NCBI GenBank assembly: GCA_963662545.2
Contig: CAXXLL010000002.1
Span: forward strand, 1,440,001-1,504,000
Reading direction: 5' to 3'
Length of the DNA: 64,000 bases
DNA from: Gammaproteobacteria bacterium
GTDB taxonomy: Bacteria; Pseudomonadota; Gammaproteobacteria; Ga0077536
Positions 12,224 to 23,021 of this stretch are shown here, one piece after another. Numbering within the stretch: position 1 is the first letter of the stretch; every line of letters begins with the position of its first letter. A program made the position numbers and the translations under genes. A model generated the notes under the pieces. It had not been told where the DNA came from. It did no database searches and saw only the letters and a program-made list of their open reading frames with translations.

Positions 12224-13646
12224 CATAGGTTAGTTCTTAAGCGGCCGCATGAACATGCTGAAGGCCGAGCTTGAGTCGTCCCGAAATGCAATCGCGGTCA
12301 GGTTTTGCGCGCTGAGCGTTGCTGGCCAAATAGCGCAACGCGTGTTCGAGCGGTCGGTGTAAAGAGCGGGGCCGATGGATAAGCGTATGGAGAATGGGAC
12401 CGAGCACGTGATGAATGCACTTGGCCGCGGTATGAGTCGAGATGGCGACGTTCAACCAGCGCTCGGTGACATGAGCGCAATAGCGCTGCAGCGTTGCGGC
12501 GCATAGTGCGGCCCAGATAAGCCCTTCGGCGATGTGCGGGTTGGCGGTATCAAAGGCGTGTAGATTGGCGTAAGACTTCCACTCTTTGAATAGCAGCTCG
12601 ACCTGCCAGCGTAATCGATACGCGTCGCTAATATGCTCGGGCGTAAAGGTGGTGGCGTCGAGATTGGTGATGAGATAACGAGGTGCTGCACCTTTTTTAA
12701 GGTTGGGGTGCACGACTAAACGACAGGTCCAGGGTCCCTGCACGCCGTCGAATTGCACGGCCATGTCGAGGCAATCGAAGCGCTTTAAGGTCGATGCCAC
12801 CGCTTTCAATCGCTGCTTGTCAAAGCGTTTGACCCGCCGCCCATCGGCGCGACGAGCGGCAACGATCAGCGGATTGATACCTTGACCCGCGCGCACGATG
12901 AAATAGCCGCCGGCGGTGTCGAGCGCTTCAAAGTAAGGCCGCGCGAAGTAGCCACGGTCGGCCAGCAGCAAACCACCAGCGACCTCTTCAACGGCCGGCA
13001 AGAACTGCCGCTCTGCTGAGCTGTCAGGGCTGAGTACGACCTCGTTCAGGGTCTCACTGAGCAGGTCGAGATCGGCATGGAGCTCTACCGCGGCGGGACT
13101 CACGGTCGTGAAGCGACCGGGAAAGCTGTCCTTCAGCGCCGGTTTTAACGCAAACGAGGTGCCGTCCTGGATGCGGATGTGGTCAAACTGCGCAAATGGG
13201 CTGTTGGGTTCGAATCGGAGGACATCGCAGGCCAGGCCATTGAGCAATTCGCTTAGCAGCGCTTGCATAAACATCGGAAACTGTTTTTTGGCGAGCTGAT
13301 TATGAAACGGTTTGTAGCGCACCGTGGTCGAGCACAGCGCATTGAAAGCGCGTTGAATATCAGCGATACAGCTCGCTGAGTGCCCGGCGAAGCTTTCGAT
13401 TAGGCTTACCGCTAAACGGAACGGCGTGACCTCCCTTTCTCGGCGACAGAATCGCGTTGCACGCCCCAAGTCGTTGAGCGTACGCTCGCCTAGCGTGCGT
13501 TTTAACTGCCGGCTCACTGTGCTAATTTCGCTGTGCTTCATCCGATACTCCCAGATCACGAAGTCGATTGGTGTTGATTTCATGATCTGATCGGATGGAG
13601 CGCTTTTGGTTCCCTCTTTTCAACGGCTTATAAGATCCGACCTATG
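12224..13646 (-). mobile_element. IS4-family insertion sequence
   Basis: IRs CATAGGTTAGTTCTTA / CATAGGTCGGATCTTA; 10-bp TSD AGTCCCGGTT at 12214-12223 and 13647-13656. Confidence 0.95.
12237..13583 (-). CDS. IS4-family DDE transposase
   Basis: QDGT, LADRGY and YRLRWQVELLFKEWK (YREK) motifs. Confidence 0.95.
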   Translation of the reverse strand: MKSTPIDFVIWEYRMKHSEISTVSRQLKRTLGERTLNDLGRATRFCRREREVTPFRLAVSLIESFAGHSASCIADIQRAFNALCSTTVRYKPFHNQLAKKQFPMFMQALLSELLNGLACDVLRFEPNSPFAQFDHIRIQDGTSFALKPALKDSFPGRFTTVSPAAVELHADLDLLSETLNEVVLSPDSSAERQFLPAVEEVAGGLLLADRGYFARPYFEALDTAGGYFIVRAGQGINPLIVAARRADGRRVKRFDKQRLKAVASTLKRFDCLDMAVQFDGVQGPWTCRLVVHPNLKKGAAPRYLITNLDATTFTPEHISDAYRLRWQVELLFKEWKSYANLHAFDTANPHIAEGLIWAALCAATLQRYCAHVTERWLNVAISTHTAAKCIHHVLGPILHTLIHRPRSLHRPLEHALRYLASNAQRAKPDRDCISGRLKLGLQHVHAAA

Positions 13647-14107
13647 AGTCCCGGTTATATTCAGCGTACCCTTCATCAACGCGACCCGCCCGACGACCCG
13701 GGAACGAGGTGTTGCTGCAGATGAATATTTCGCGGCTTCACGCTTACAGTCATCGCCGCACACCCGTAAATCAAACTTGGTGCCACGAATACCGATAGTT
13801 GCGACTCCGGCGCGTATCCTAAAGCCACTGGTATTGCGTTTGGAAATGAACCCGGTTAACGCGCGCAATCCCCCGCGGAACAGTCGCATCACGGCACGGT
13901 TTTTTTCGGGCTCGAATTCTTCGAATTTAAACATGGTGTTGGGTCGCAGAACCATCCGGGTGCCGTCTTCCAAATTGATGACGACAAAGCTTTTTTTGGC
14001 CGTGCTTAACGTGTCGCCTTCATAGAGCGGTGCGTCGGCGCCCAGTAACCGGATCGCGCCACCGAATTTCTGAGCCGTAACTGCGCCGCGGACAAACACG
14101 GTGTACC

Positions 14108-15447
14108 CTGAGGAATCCCCATAAAACCCCAACGAAATACAAAGCGATAGATTGATTTGTGGGTTCGTGGAACCTGCATGGCTCGAGTTGATCTCAGTTG
14201 TTGCAAGACAATCTGTGAACGACGAGGTGAGCCATGCAGGTATTGAAATTGTTACATGAAATGAGCAGCGAAGCGCTATACGGTGTGCATTTGGGTCGTC
14301 GACTCTCGGTTTGGGCGGCGGTCGGCGGTTTACTTCGGGGCCGACGTTTGTGGCTGACGCATATCGGTCGGAGCATAGACAGTGGCACGAGCGAGAAACA
14401 CGCGATTAAGCGCGTCGATCGCTTGCTGGGTAATCGTCAGCTCGGTGGTGAGCGTTTGCAGTGGTATCAATGGATAGCTCGGTTATTGGTATCGGACTGT
14501 GCGCATCCGGTGGTGTTGGTGGATTGGTCTAATCTGGATCAACGTCAAGAGCTCTATGTATTGCGGGCGGCCTTAGCGGTCGGTGGTCGAGCCATCCCCG
14601 TGTATGAAGAAGTCGAACACCATTACGCGAGTGTCAAAGCGGAGAAACGCTTTCTGAAGCGACTGAAGGCCATTCTGCCTGCGGGCTGTTGTCCGATCTT
14701 GGTCAGTGATGCAGGATTTCGGACGCCCTGGTTGAGTCTTGTGGCCTCAATGGGATGGTATTACGTGGGTCGCATCCGTCATCGTCACCTCGTGCGAGGT
14801 ATGGATGAGGCGGCATGGCATTCGAACAAAGTGCTCTACGGCCAAGCCAATGCTCGTCCGAAGTCACTGGGTCGTTTTTTGATCACGAAAAGTAATCCGC
14901 TGGACACCCATTTATTCGTTTACAAAGGTAAGAAACGCGGGCGTGTCTGCTATACGGCTTACGGCAAACCGGCGCGGGCTCGCAATACCGAGAAACCGTC
15001 GGCAGCGGCGCGTGAGCCGTGGTTATTGGCCAGCAATCTGCCGGACAACCTTCGTAGTGCGCATCGGGTAGTTGCCGTGTATCGTCGCCGCATGCAGATT
15101 GAAGAGAGCTTCCGCGACATGAAGTCGCCCCGTTACGGCTTTGCACTTAGAGAAAACATGGGACGTGATCCCGAGAGAGTGGCGAACTTACTCTTGCTGT
15201 GCGCATTGGCCACACTGGCCCAATGGTTGGTCGGCTTGGTCGGTTACCAAACAGGTTTAGTGAAAGGTTTACAGGCCAATACCGAAAGACGTAAGCCCGT
15301 CCTATCCGTGGTATTCGTTGGTGCTCGCCTCATTGCCAAGCAACTTCAAATCCAGCGCTCAACTTTATTACAGGCGCTCCGGGATCTACAGGCACGCGCC
15401 ATTGTGCAACTTGAATTTTGCTAGTCGAATTTGTGGGGATCCCTCAG
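14108..15447 (+). mobile_element. IS4-family, IS10-group insertion sequence
   Basis: IS10-like IRs CTGAGGAATCCCCA / CTGAGGGATCCCCA; 9-bp TSD CGGTGTACC at 14099-14107 and 15448-15456. Confidence 0.95.
14234..15424 (+). CDS. IS10-like transposase
   Basis: KHAIKRVDRLLGN, VDWS, SDAGF and YRRRMQIEESFRDMKS motifs. Confidence 0.95.
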   Translation: MQVLKLLHEMSSEALYGVHLGRRLSVWAAVGGLLRGRRLWLTHIGRSIDSGTSEKHAIKRVDRLLGNRQLGGERLQWYQWIARLLVSDCAHPVVLVDWSNLDQRQELYVLRAALAVGGRAIPVYEEVEHHYASVKAEKRFLKRLKAILPAGCCPILVSDAGFRTPWLSLVASMGWYYVGRIRHRHLVRGMDEAAWHSNKVLYGQANARPKSLGRFLITKSNPLDTHLFVYKGKKRGRVCYTAYGKPARARNTEKPSAAAREPWLLASNLPDNLRSAHRVVAVYRRRMQIEESFRDMKSPRYGFALRENMGRDPERVANLLLLCALATLAQWLVGLVGYQTGLVKGLQANTERRKPVLSVVFVGARLIAKQLQIQRSTLLQALRDLQARAIVQLEFC

Positions 15448-15538
15448 CGGTGTACCCCATTGAATCGTCCGCCTGTGCAATCTGTAAGGTGCCGGCGACA
15501 AGCAGCATGGCGGTGAGGAAACGTTTCATTGGGTACTC

Positions 15539-18481
15539 CTAGTACCTCACGAACAGATTAACGTGCCACCTGGAATCGCCGGCGTCCGCTGTTGTCCCAC
15601 GCAGGTGTGTTGCATCGTTGATAACATAACCATAATCAACCGCAAGATTGACGTTGTTGCGCCAGTTCCAGCGTATCCCGAGGCCCGAGCTAACGATGCT
15701 CTCGCTATCCGTTTCACCGGGCAGTGCGTTCTCCCGGTTCATATAGCCATAATCCATAAAACCAAGCACACGCAGGCTGCCGAGAACCTCAATTGGCGGT
15801 AACCAAATCTCGCCGCTAAGTCTCGCGCCACTATCACCTAAAACGGAGCGCTCATTAAAGCCGCGTACGGAGTTCATACCGCCTAATCCAAACTGCTCGC
15901 CCGGTATGAGGGGCTCATCGGCATATTGCCCCTCGAATACCCCGCGAAGAAGCCATTTGCGTGGCAGAAAATAATTGACATGGCCTGAGAGGTTCCAGCG
16001 ACGCCAGTCAGTGTCGGCACCAAATCGGTTGGCCACATATTGAGCCTCGGTATTTTTCTTGCCACCACCGATATTGGCATTGAAATAGGCGGCAAAGCCC
16101 ATCTGCGCCTTCGCGGTTTTGTATTTTGCTGTATACCCTACGCTCACCGGTCGGCTGCGAACATCGGCGGCCAGATTGGTGCCAATAAATAGGGCATCGT
16201 TCTCGAAAAACTTGTCAATTAGCCCGACACTGACCGCATGGCTGTAATTGCCATGTCTTAACAACAAGTGGGTAATGGTGCCGCCGAGAAACCGGCCTGC
16301 ACCACTGATGTCCAGCTCATTAATGGTGCCGACATCCACGTCCGAGCGCGAATAGAACAGATTGACGCTGCTCGCCCACCGATAGACCGGCACGGTGTAG
16401 CTGATTCCGTACTGTTTAACATCGTCGGGTTTTTGCTGCGAGGTCGTGTAGCTCACTACTGCGGTGTCATCAACTCCAAGCAAATTACTATGCTGGACGC
16501 CGCCCGTCACTCGCACGCGCCCGGTTTGGTGGGTGCCAATATTGTTGGAGTTATAACTGAATCTGGTGTTTGAGCGAGTTGAATAAAGGCGGCGTATCTG
16601 GTTGAAATGTTGTTACCAAGCAGCAAGCCAACCAAAGAGGATACGCCACCATGAGAGAGAGTAACGTTGTTGAATTATCAGGTCGAGAAGGAATACCAGA
16701 TCCGTTGACGGAGGTCTTGAGAAACGGTGCTCGGGCTCTGATTGAACGAGCGGTTGAAATCGAGCTGGCAGAATATATGGCGCAGTATTCAGGACATCGC
16801 ACGGCGGACGACAAAGCAGGTGTGGTTCGCAACGGCTATTTGCCGGAACGCCAGTTGCAGACGGGCTTGGGGCCGGTGACGGTGAGGATCCCGAAGGTTC
16901 GTTCGAAGCTCGGCGAGCCGGTGACCTTCCGTTCAGCGCTGGTGCCGCCGTATGTGCGCAAGACAAGAACCTTGGAGGCGGCCGTGCCGTGGCTGTATTT
17001 GAAGGGCGTTTCCAGTGGCGAAATGGGCGCTGCGCTGGAAGTTTTGTTGGGGCCGCAGGCGAAGGGCCTGTCGGCGAGCACCGTGTCGCGCTTGAAGCAG
17101 GTGTGGGCGCAAGAATACCGCGACTGGTGCGAGGGGCGATTGGACCAAGACCGCTGGGTGTAGGTGTGGGCGGACGGTGTCTACAGTGGCCTGCGGGCGG
17201 AGCACACGAAGCTGTGTGCGTTGGTGGTGATCGGCGTCAATGCGCGAGGCGAGAAGCGTTTTTTGGCGATGGAGGATGGTGTGCGGGAGTCCACGCAGAG
17301 CTGGCGCGAGGTGTTGCTGAAATTGAAGTCACGCGGGATGAATATTCCCAAGCTGGCGATCGGGGACGGTGCCATGGGCTTCTGGGCCGCACTGGAGGAA
17401 GTCTACGGTGAGACCCGCCAGCAACGCTGCTGGATGCACAAGACGATGAACGTGCTGAACTGCCTACCGAAGTCGGCACAGGCCAAAGCCAAGCAAGCCC
17501 TGCACGCGATCTGGCAGGCCGCGACAAAGGCCGACGCCGAGAAGGCGTTCGAGCTGTTCCTCAAGACCTATGAACCGAAGTATCCCAAGGCGACCCTGTG
17601 CCTACAGAAAGACCGTGAGGAGTTGCTGGTGTTCTATGATTTTCCGGCACCACATTGGCAAAGCATTCGCACGAGCAATCCGATTGAATCCACCTTCGCT
17701 ACGATCCGGCACCGGACCCGGCGCTCCAAGGGCGGTCTCTCTCGGGACGGCATGCTCCATATGATGTTCAAGCTGGGGCGGTGTGCGCAGAAGAATTGGC
17801 GACGCCTACGTGGATTCGACTACCTGGCCAAGGTGATTACTGGAGTTAAATTTGAAGATGGTATCGAGGTGACAAGGGTCAATCAGGTCGCCGCTTGATT
17901 CAACCGCCTGAACACCACTTTTGACAATAACTCATATTGTTGAGGCCGCCGAACAACAACCACGGCTTCTGGTCCTCGACTCGAACTTCGGCATCGATAG
18001 TGTCAGCTTGGCTGCCGTTCTTGAGATTGATGACGTGTCGCCGGCTCGGATGTCTATTGGCTAAGGACAGCGCGCGTGCAATGTTACGCGTATTCGGCGG
18101 GCCGCTTTGTTGCAACGCCGGCAGAGAGCGGAGAATTGCTTCGTCGCTAAAGTGTTGATTTCCGATTACCCTGACATTGCCGAGCGTGAAGACGATAACC
18201 TTGAGATGCACGGCGCCAGCCGCCATCGTCTGTGGCGGGAGCGTGACGCGATGAAAGCTGTAACCGCTCTCGACATGGGCGGATTCCAGGGCGTTGGCGG
18301 CTTCAAGCAGGCGATCGAGGCCGGTGTGCTCGCCAATGAAAACACCCAGGATCCGTTCAGTATCAGCGACGCTTAATTGATTGTCGCCCTCAACGATAAA
18401 CTCGGAGACACTAAATGTAACGAGCGGTGGAGGCTCCTGGGAAAACACCACGATCGGCGCAAGCAGGCACCATACCGACAA
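15539..18481 (-). pseudogene. ShlB/FhaC/HecB-family TpsB outer-membrane transporter, split by IS256
   Basis: POTRA N-terminus, VRGF motif, C-terminal aromatic beta-strand; IS removal restores LNN-IGTHQTGRVR (515 aa from TTG; start uncertain). Confidence 0.9.
16548..17933 (+). mobile_element. IS256-family element; transposase 16651-17898 has an in-frame TAG at 17161-17163
   Basis: IRs GAGTTAT...TGGTGTT...GTTGAAT; 9-bp TSD ATATTGTTG at 16539-16547 and 17934-17942; WADG and QRCWMH motifs. Confidence 0.95.
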
Positions 18482-18763
18482 CTTGCGCAGCGTCCCTATG
18501 GCTCGGGTAATGATTGATCCCCTCGATCAAACTGATCGACTTTTCTTAAATTTAGTGGGTCTACGCGGAAACGTGTGGGTTGATATTGGCATTTCTGGGT
18601 AGTGGCGGAAGAAATGCCGCAATGATTTTCAGTTTGAGGAATTCCTCATCACGATAGCCATAGGCGCGTCGTTGCAGGACCCGGATTTTGTTGTTGACCC
18701 CTTCGACCAATCCAAGACTGACTTTATTCTTAGCATCACAATAGGAAGCAATGCCGTAACCGG

Positions 18764-20347
18764 TCAAACGGCGGCGTCTGGTAATTGATCTCGTGTTGCG
18801 GTAACGACGGCCAAGTTAGAACGCAGCGGTTGGGTAGCGAACAATGTCTTCCACACCCGAGGCGTGAGTTGTTCCACTGCGCTATCCGGATGGATCGCGA
18901 TCCTCTGGAGTACATCAACCAGGTAGGTGTACGGATTAATGCCGTGTATTCGGCAAGTACAGATCAAACTTTGTATGATCCCAACGTGTTCAGCGCCCAC
19001 CTCAGTCCAACAGAACATCCAATTCTTTCGGCCCATCGGAATGGGTCTCAGAGCGCGCTCTAAATGATTCGTGTCGATCGCGACGCTCGCATCCGATAAG
19101 TAAACACGTAACGCGCCCTCACGCTCGGCTGCATAGGCCAGCGCCTTCGTAAACGGCTGACTCGGTAATAAACCCATGCACTGGCGTTGCTCGTCAAGCC
19201 AGGCAAAAAATGCATCAACCGCAGGCAAGGCGTACCGGCTGCGGTAGGTCTGGGTCGCCGCTTCATCCATTGCCTGGTCACGGATGGTGGCCTCAACGGC
19301 ATACAGTGCCGCGATCAAATCAAGTGCCTGCGCCGCACTTTGTGGCCTATCGGATAATGCCCTTTCGAACTGACGACGCGTGTGCGCCCAGCATTGCGCA
19401 TGCACGACTTCATCGCCGCGATCGGCGGCAAAACGCGCATAAGCCGCGGCGCCATCGGTTAGTAAGGTGCCTTTAAAGTCCACCAACGTTTTGTCGATGT
19501 GCGACCGCGCCTTGGTTCGCGCAAACGTGAACGCAATCTCATCCGCTTCGCCATAAATTGGCCAATACCACGCCGCGTTCATCTTGCCCTTGCCCGAGCG
19601 ACCCGCCTTAATCGGCGTTTCATCCATCGCCAGCGTCTTCGATAACAAGATATGCCGCAACTGCGCCAGATAAATCGGCTTCAACAGGTCACTTGCCTTC
19701 TGCACCCAGTGCGTCAGACTCGACCGCGCCACGGTAATGCCGTTCAGCCCCATTCGTTGATGTTGACGGTACAGCGGCAGGTGATAAGCGAACTTATCAA
19801 CCAGCATCCCCGCAACCACACTCACATCCGCCAATGAGCCGGACCACAGACCATCGGGCGCCGGGATCGTGAAGATCTGACCGTCGCTTTTGCGCTTCAC
19901 TACCGGTTGGATGTACTTCAAGACCACATAGGCCGCCGGCCGTTGCGCTAAACGATAGGTGATCTTTTCACTGCTCGCTTCAAACGCATCCGCGACATCT
20001 TCAGGTACCGACAATTGGATGCATTCAATCGGCACCGAGTCATCGAAACGTAACCCTTGATCAGTCACACAATCATCGCCACGGCGCTTTCCTTTGCGCC
20101 GCTGATAAGTGATCGTTTCTTTCTCAACCGCCGCCGTCGATGACGACTCATCCTCGAAGCCATTGAGTAACCGTTGATCGGGATTGGGATCAATCAGCCG
20201 CCGTTCAGACTTGCGACCGAACAGTTGGCGTTTGAACCAGTCGAGTTGTTGGGTGAGTGTGGCGACCTGCGTTTTGAGGGCTGTGTTTTCCGCTTGTAAC
20301 ACCGCCGCATCAAGTGATATTTCCGGCGTTGCATAACCCCCATTCAT
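18764..20347 (-). CDS. tnpC: IS66 transposase TnpC
   Basis: HLPLYRQ, MDETP, CWAHTRR, DTNHLERALR, GRKNW motifs. Confidence 0.95.
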   Translation of the reverse strand: MNGGYATPEISLDAAVLQAENTALKTQVATLTQQLDWFKRQLFGRKSERRLIDPNPDQRLLNGFEDESSSTAAVEKETITYQRRKGKRRGDDCVTDQGLRFDDSVPIECIQLSVPEDVADAFEASSEKITYRLAQRPAAYVVLKYIQPVVKRKSDGQIFTIPAPDGLWSGSLADVSVVAGMLVDKFAYHLPLYRQHQRMGLNGITVARSSLTHWVQKASDLLKPIYLAQLRHILLSKTLAMDETPIKAGRSGKGKMNAAWYWPIYGEADEIAFTFARTKARSHIDKTLVDFKGTLLTDGAAAYARFAADRGDEVVHAQCWAHTRRQFERALSDRPQSAAQALDLIAALYAVEATIRDQAMDEAATQTYRSRYALPAVDAFFAWLDEQRQCMGLLPSQPFTKALAYAAEREGALRVYLSDASVAIDTNHLERALRPIPMGRKNWMFCWTEVGAEHVGIIQSLICTCRIHGINPYTYLVDVLQRIAIHPDSAVEQLTPRVWKTLFATQPLRSNLAVVTATRDQLPDAAV

Positions 20348-20365
20348 GGGTACGTATTGTACCGT

Positions 20366-20734
20366 TTACACTGCTGACCGTCGATCGTTTTCCGGTAATC
20401 GAAACCGTTTTAATCGACGCACTGAGCGTAGATCGATCCCTTCAATAATGCACTGCCATTCGCTGCGTTGCAGCCGCTGTTTGACCTCGCTATTCCACCG
20501 AACCTGGAACTGACCGCGTTCGAGTTTCTTACTCCACAGACAATATCCGTCCGACTCAAAGTACAGCGCTTTTAATAACGTACGCCGGCGATTGACGAAA
20601 ACGTACAGTGCCCCATCGAGGGGCTCCTCGTGTAACGCCTGCCGCACCAACGCCGATAAACCATGGAACGATTGACGCATATCAGTCGGTGCCCGACATA
20701 ACCATATACGCAAACCCGATGGGGGCGACCACAT
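20366..20734 (-). CDS. tnpB: IS66 accessory protein TnpB
   Basis: PTDMRQSFHGL, YVFVNRRR, KKLERGQF motifs. Confidence 0.93.
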   Translation of the reverse strand: MWSPPSGLRIWLCRAPTDMRQSFHGLSALVRQALHEEPLDGALYVFVNRRRTLLKALYFESDGYCLWSKKLERGQFQVRWNSEVKQRLQRSEWQCIIEGIDLRSVRRLKRFRLPENDRRSAV

Positions 20735-21024
20735 CAGTGCCGTGACACACGTAGCACGATGTCATCACCGAGCGCTAACTCGATATCCCATTGTGCATTG
20801 GTTAATGGTTGTAACGGGGCCAACTCGACGAAACGTGTTTCCGCCTTCCCTATCTGAGCGTCCCTCGCTGACCTCGACTTCCTTTTACTGAACGTCGAAT
20901 ATCCAATTCCTCGCTCAGCACAGAATGCGCGGATCGATGAACCGCTTTGTGCCTGCTCCGCTAATAGGCCACGCCACTCATCCGCACTACGTCGTTTGTT
21001 CCGAGGTTTTCCGTGATCATTCAT
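20734..21024 (-). CDS. tnpA: IS66 accessory protein TnpA
   Basis: HTH-like SGSSIRAFCAERGI and FVEL; ATGA-type coupling to tnpB. Confidence 0.85.
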   Translation of the reverse strand: MNDHGKPRNKRRSADEWRGLLAEQAQSGSSIRAFCAERGIGYSTFSKRKSRSARDAQIGKAETRFVELAPLQPLTNAQWDIELALGDDIVLRVSRH

Positions 21025-22444
21025 TTACCAAGCTCCCGATTGACTGGGAAACCTGGCAAACTAAACCATCTGCCCGAGACCGTGAATAACGGCCTGGATT
21101 GACCGGTTACGCAATGCCATCCCAATGGGATTCAATCAGCTCAGCAAACTTGCGATACGGCGCCAATCGCTGCCATTTCAGACTGTCCTTCCAGCGCTCG
21201 AAAAAGGCACGCGCGCCGCGCTCGGTACGGTAGTCCCAGAGTTGGCCGAAGGTTTCCTTGAGGACGTAGGCGGTGTTCAGACGCCGGTTGGCCTGGAGCA
21301 GTTTTTTCAGGGCTCGTCTGCCATCCAGATTCAGGTTCTCGCGTCGCGAGAGCAAGGTATATCGCTGGCCTTTGATGTAACTCCTGTCCTTGCCGCGGAG
21401 ACGTTTGTATTCACGGCGCCGGACTTCATCGAGAGCCTTTGAGAGGTGGCGCATGATATGGAACTTGTCATAGATGATCCGCGCCTGCGGTGCGTTGTTC
21501 ATGACCGAGTTACGGAACGGCTTCCACATGTCCATCGCCGCCAGTTCGATGCGAGCGCTCTTGTTCTCGCCCAATGCCTGGAAAAACAGGTCGATGTCAG
21601 CCTCTTTGCGACCTTCACCACCGACCCAGATAGGACGCCCCCGATCCAGGTCACTGACGATGACCCGGTAGTTATGTCCTTTGCGGATGGAGATCTCATC
21701 AATACCGATGGCCCGGGGTGCTGGCATGCCCGCCAGCTCAACCTGCTTTTGCATGTACAGCTTATCGAGGTCTTTCACCGTGCTGTGGTGCAGGCGTTCC
21801 CTCTCGGCGACAGCCTGGTTCGGCATGTCCCGGCACAGCTTGCCCACCTGCATGGCAAAGCGCTGCGTATAGCGAGGGTTCTTTGCCAGCCAGTCAAGAT
21901 GTTCTACCTGCACGCCGCCGCACCTCCGGCAACTGACACGCCAGCGTTCGAACTCCAGGTAGATTCGCCATCCGGCAACTGACAGGTCTCGTACTCGCAG
22001 CACCTTCTTGTCGTAACGCCCGCGGCACCGGTGAGCACAGTGAGAACAGATCGCTGTTTTTTTCGCCTCTTGAGTTGGATCACACGGGCATACCGATCAC
22101 CAAACATGCCCACCAATTTCGATGCGGCGGTAAAACCAGGGAACGCAAACAGCGCTCGGATCGACTTGGGATTCTTCATGGCCTTAGCCTACCCACAAAA
22201 TGAAACCACTTTCACCCCATACGAAATCTCTGAATGTCTACATGATTTCAATGGTTTACACTTGGTCTAATTCAGAATTTACCCACATGAATCCGCGTAG
22301 ACCCAATTTAGTTAAGATTTTTATTAATTAGGCGGCAGTAATTATTAGATAAATAATTGTCTCCGCGCATACCCGACATATTAATATAATTCTGCGACCG
22401 TGGATAATTGCCATGACCCATTTTTATGATAAGTAGTTCCGAAA

Positions 22445-22782
22445 TCAGGTACCGCCCGCATAACCGGCGGTACCTGATTTGTGATCCGGCATCGCGTACC
22501 TTTCCACCAATTCTACTCCGTGCCAGCGACATAACTCCCGCAGCAACCCTCCGATGTCGCGCCGCAGTGAACCGTAAAGGCTCCGCCTCCGATACTTCGG
22601 CACAAACACCACGTGATACTTGCAGTACCATCTTACGTGAGATTGGCTTTGCCGCTCTCTCATACAGGCCACCTTCCTTTCGAATTTGGCGATTCATTGG
22701 AAGGGGGTCATTGTCTACATTTTTTGCACGACGGAACGGCAGAGCCTCTGCGAGTCTCACCGCCATAGGCGGTGGATTACGT
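22445..22782 (-). mobile_element. Truncated IS200/IS605-family tnpA with its left-end hairpin
   Basis: SHVRWYCKYHVVFVPKYRR...MPDH stops within the HUH motif; hairpin CACCGCCATAGGCGGTG near 22758-22774. Confidence 0.8.
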
Positions 22783-23021
22783 TAATGATTTATTCAGCGA
22801 CGTCGCGAGCAAGTCACGTGCGAGCCTGATACTAAAACGCACCTGGGTATTTTGGTTGCACATTAATCTTCATATCGCGCAAAAAATTCCAAAATAACAA
22901 TTGCAGCACGGTCGCGGTGCCGGCGGCGGTCGTACTATTCAGGAAACCATTAAGCGTCTCGTCGCCGTAACGGGGCAACGAAATCCCGACGGTGTCGAAT
23001 CCGGTTTTGAAAGATGAGGTT

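Larger units (their letters stand above)
11311..15529 (-). pseudogene. Exported tandem FecR-domain protein (478 aa reconstructed), split by two IS4-family elements
   Basis: Removing both IS and one TSD each gives one 1437-nt ORF MKRFLTAMLL...GYTVFVRG...NITGTNQRTRP...FECTIQ with two ATIGIRGT FecR motifs; RBS AGGAG upstream. Confidence 0.9.
18756..21110 (-). mobile_element. IS66-family element (tnpA-tnpB-tnpC)
   Basis: IRs GTAACCGGTCAA; 8-bp TSD GCAATGCC at 18748-18755 and 21111-21118. Confidence 0.95.
18557..22304 (-). mobile_element. ISL3-family element (1385 bp net), interrupted by IS66
   Basis: IRs GGGTCTACGCGGA; 8-bp TSD AATTTAGT at 18549-18556 and 22305-22312; transposase 22179 to 18561 with GIDEIS, DMW, YDKFH, VEGVNNKI; reads HWDGIA-SYCD across the IS66. 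Confidence 0.95.

Noticed and set aside
17161-17163. In-frame stops (also 29236 and 46002) as recoding, selenocysteine or pyrrolysine
   Set aside because: TAG and TGA end many normal genes here; the positions fit point mutations (e.g. TAT to TAG in DRWVY).
20366-20734. TnpB as an RNA-guided nuclease
   Set aside because: It is the 122-aa IS66 accessory TnpB, unrelated to IS605 RuvC TnpB; the nearby IS200 remnant has no tnpB.
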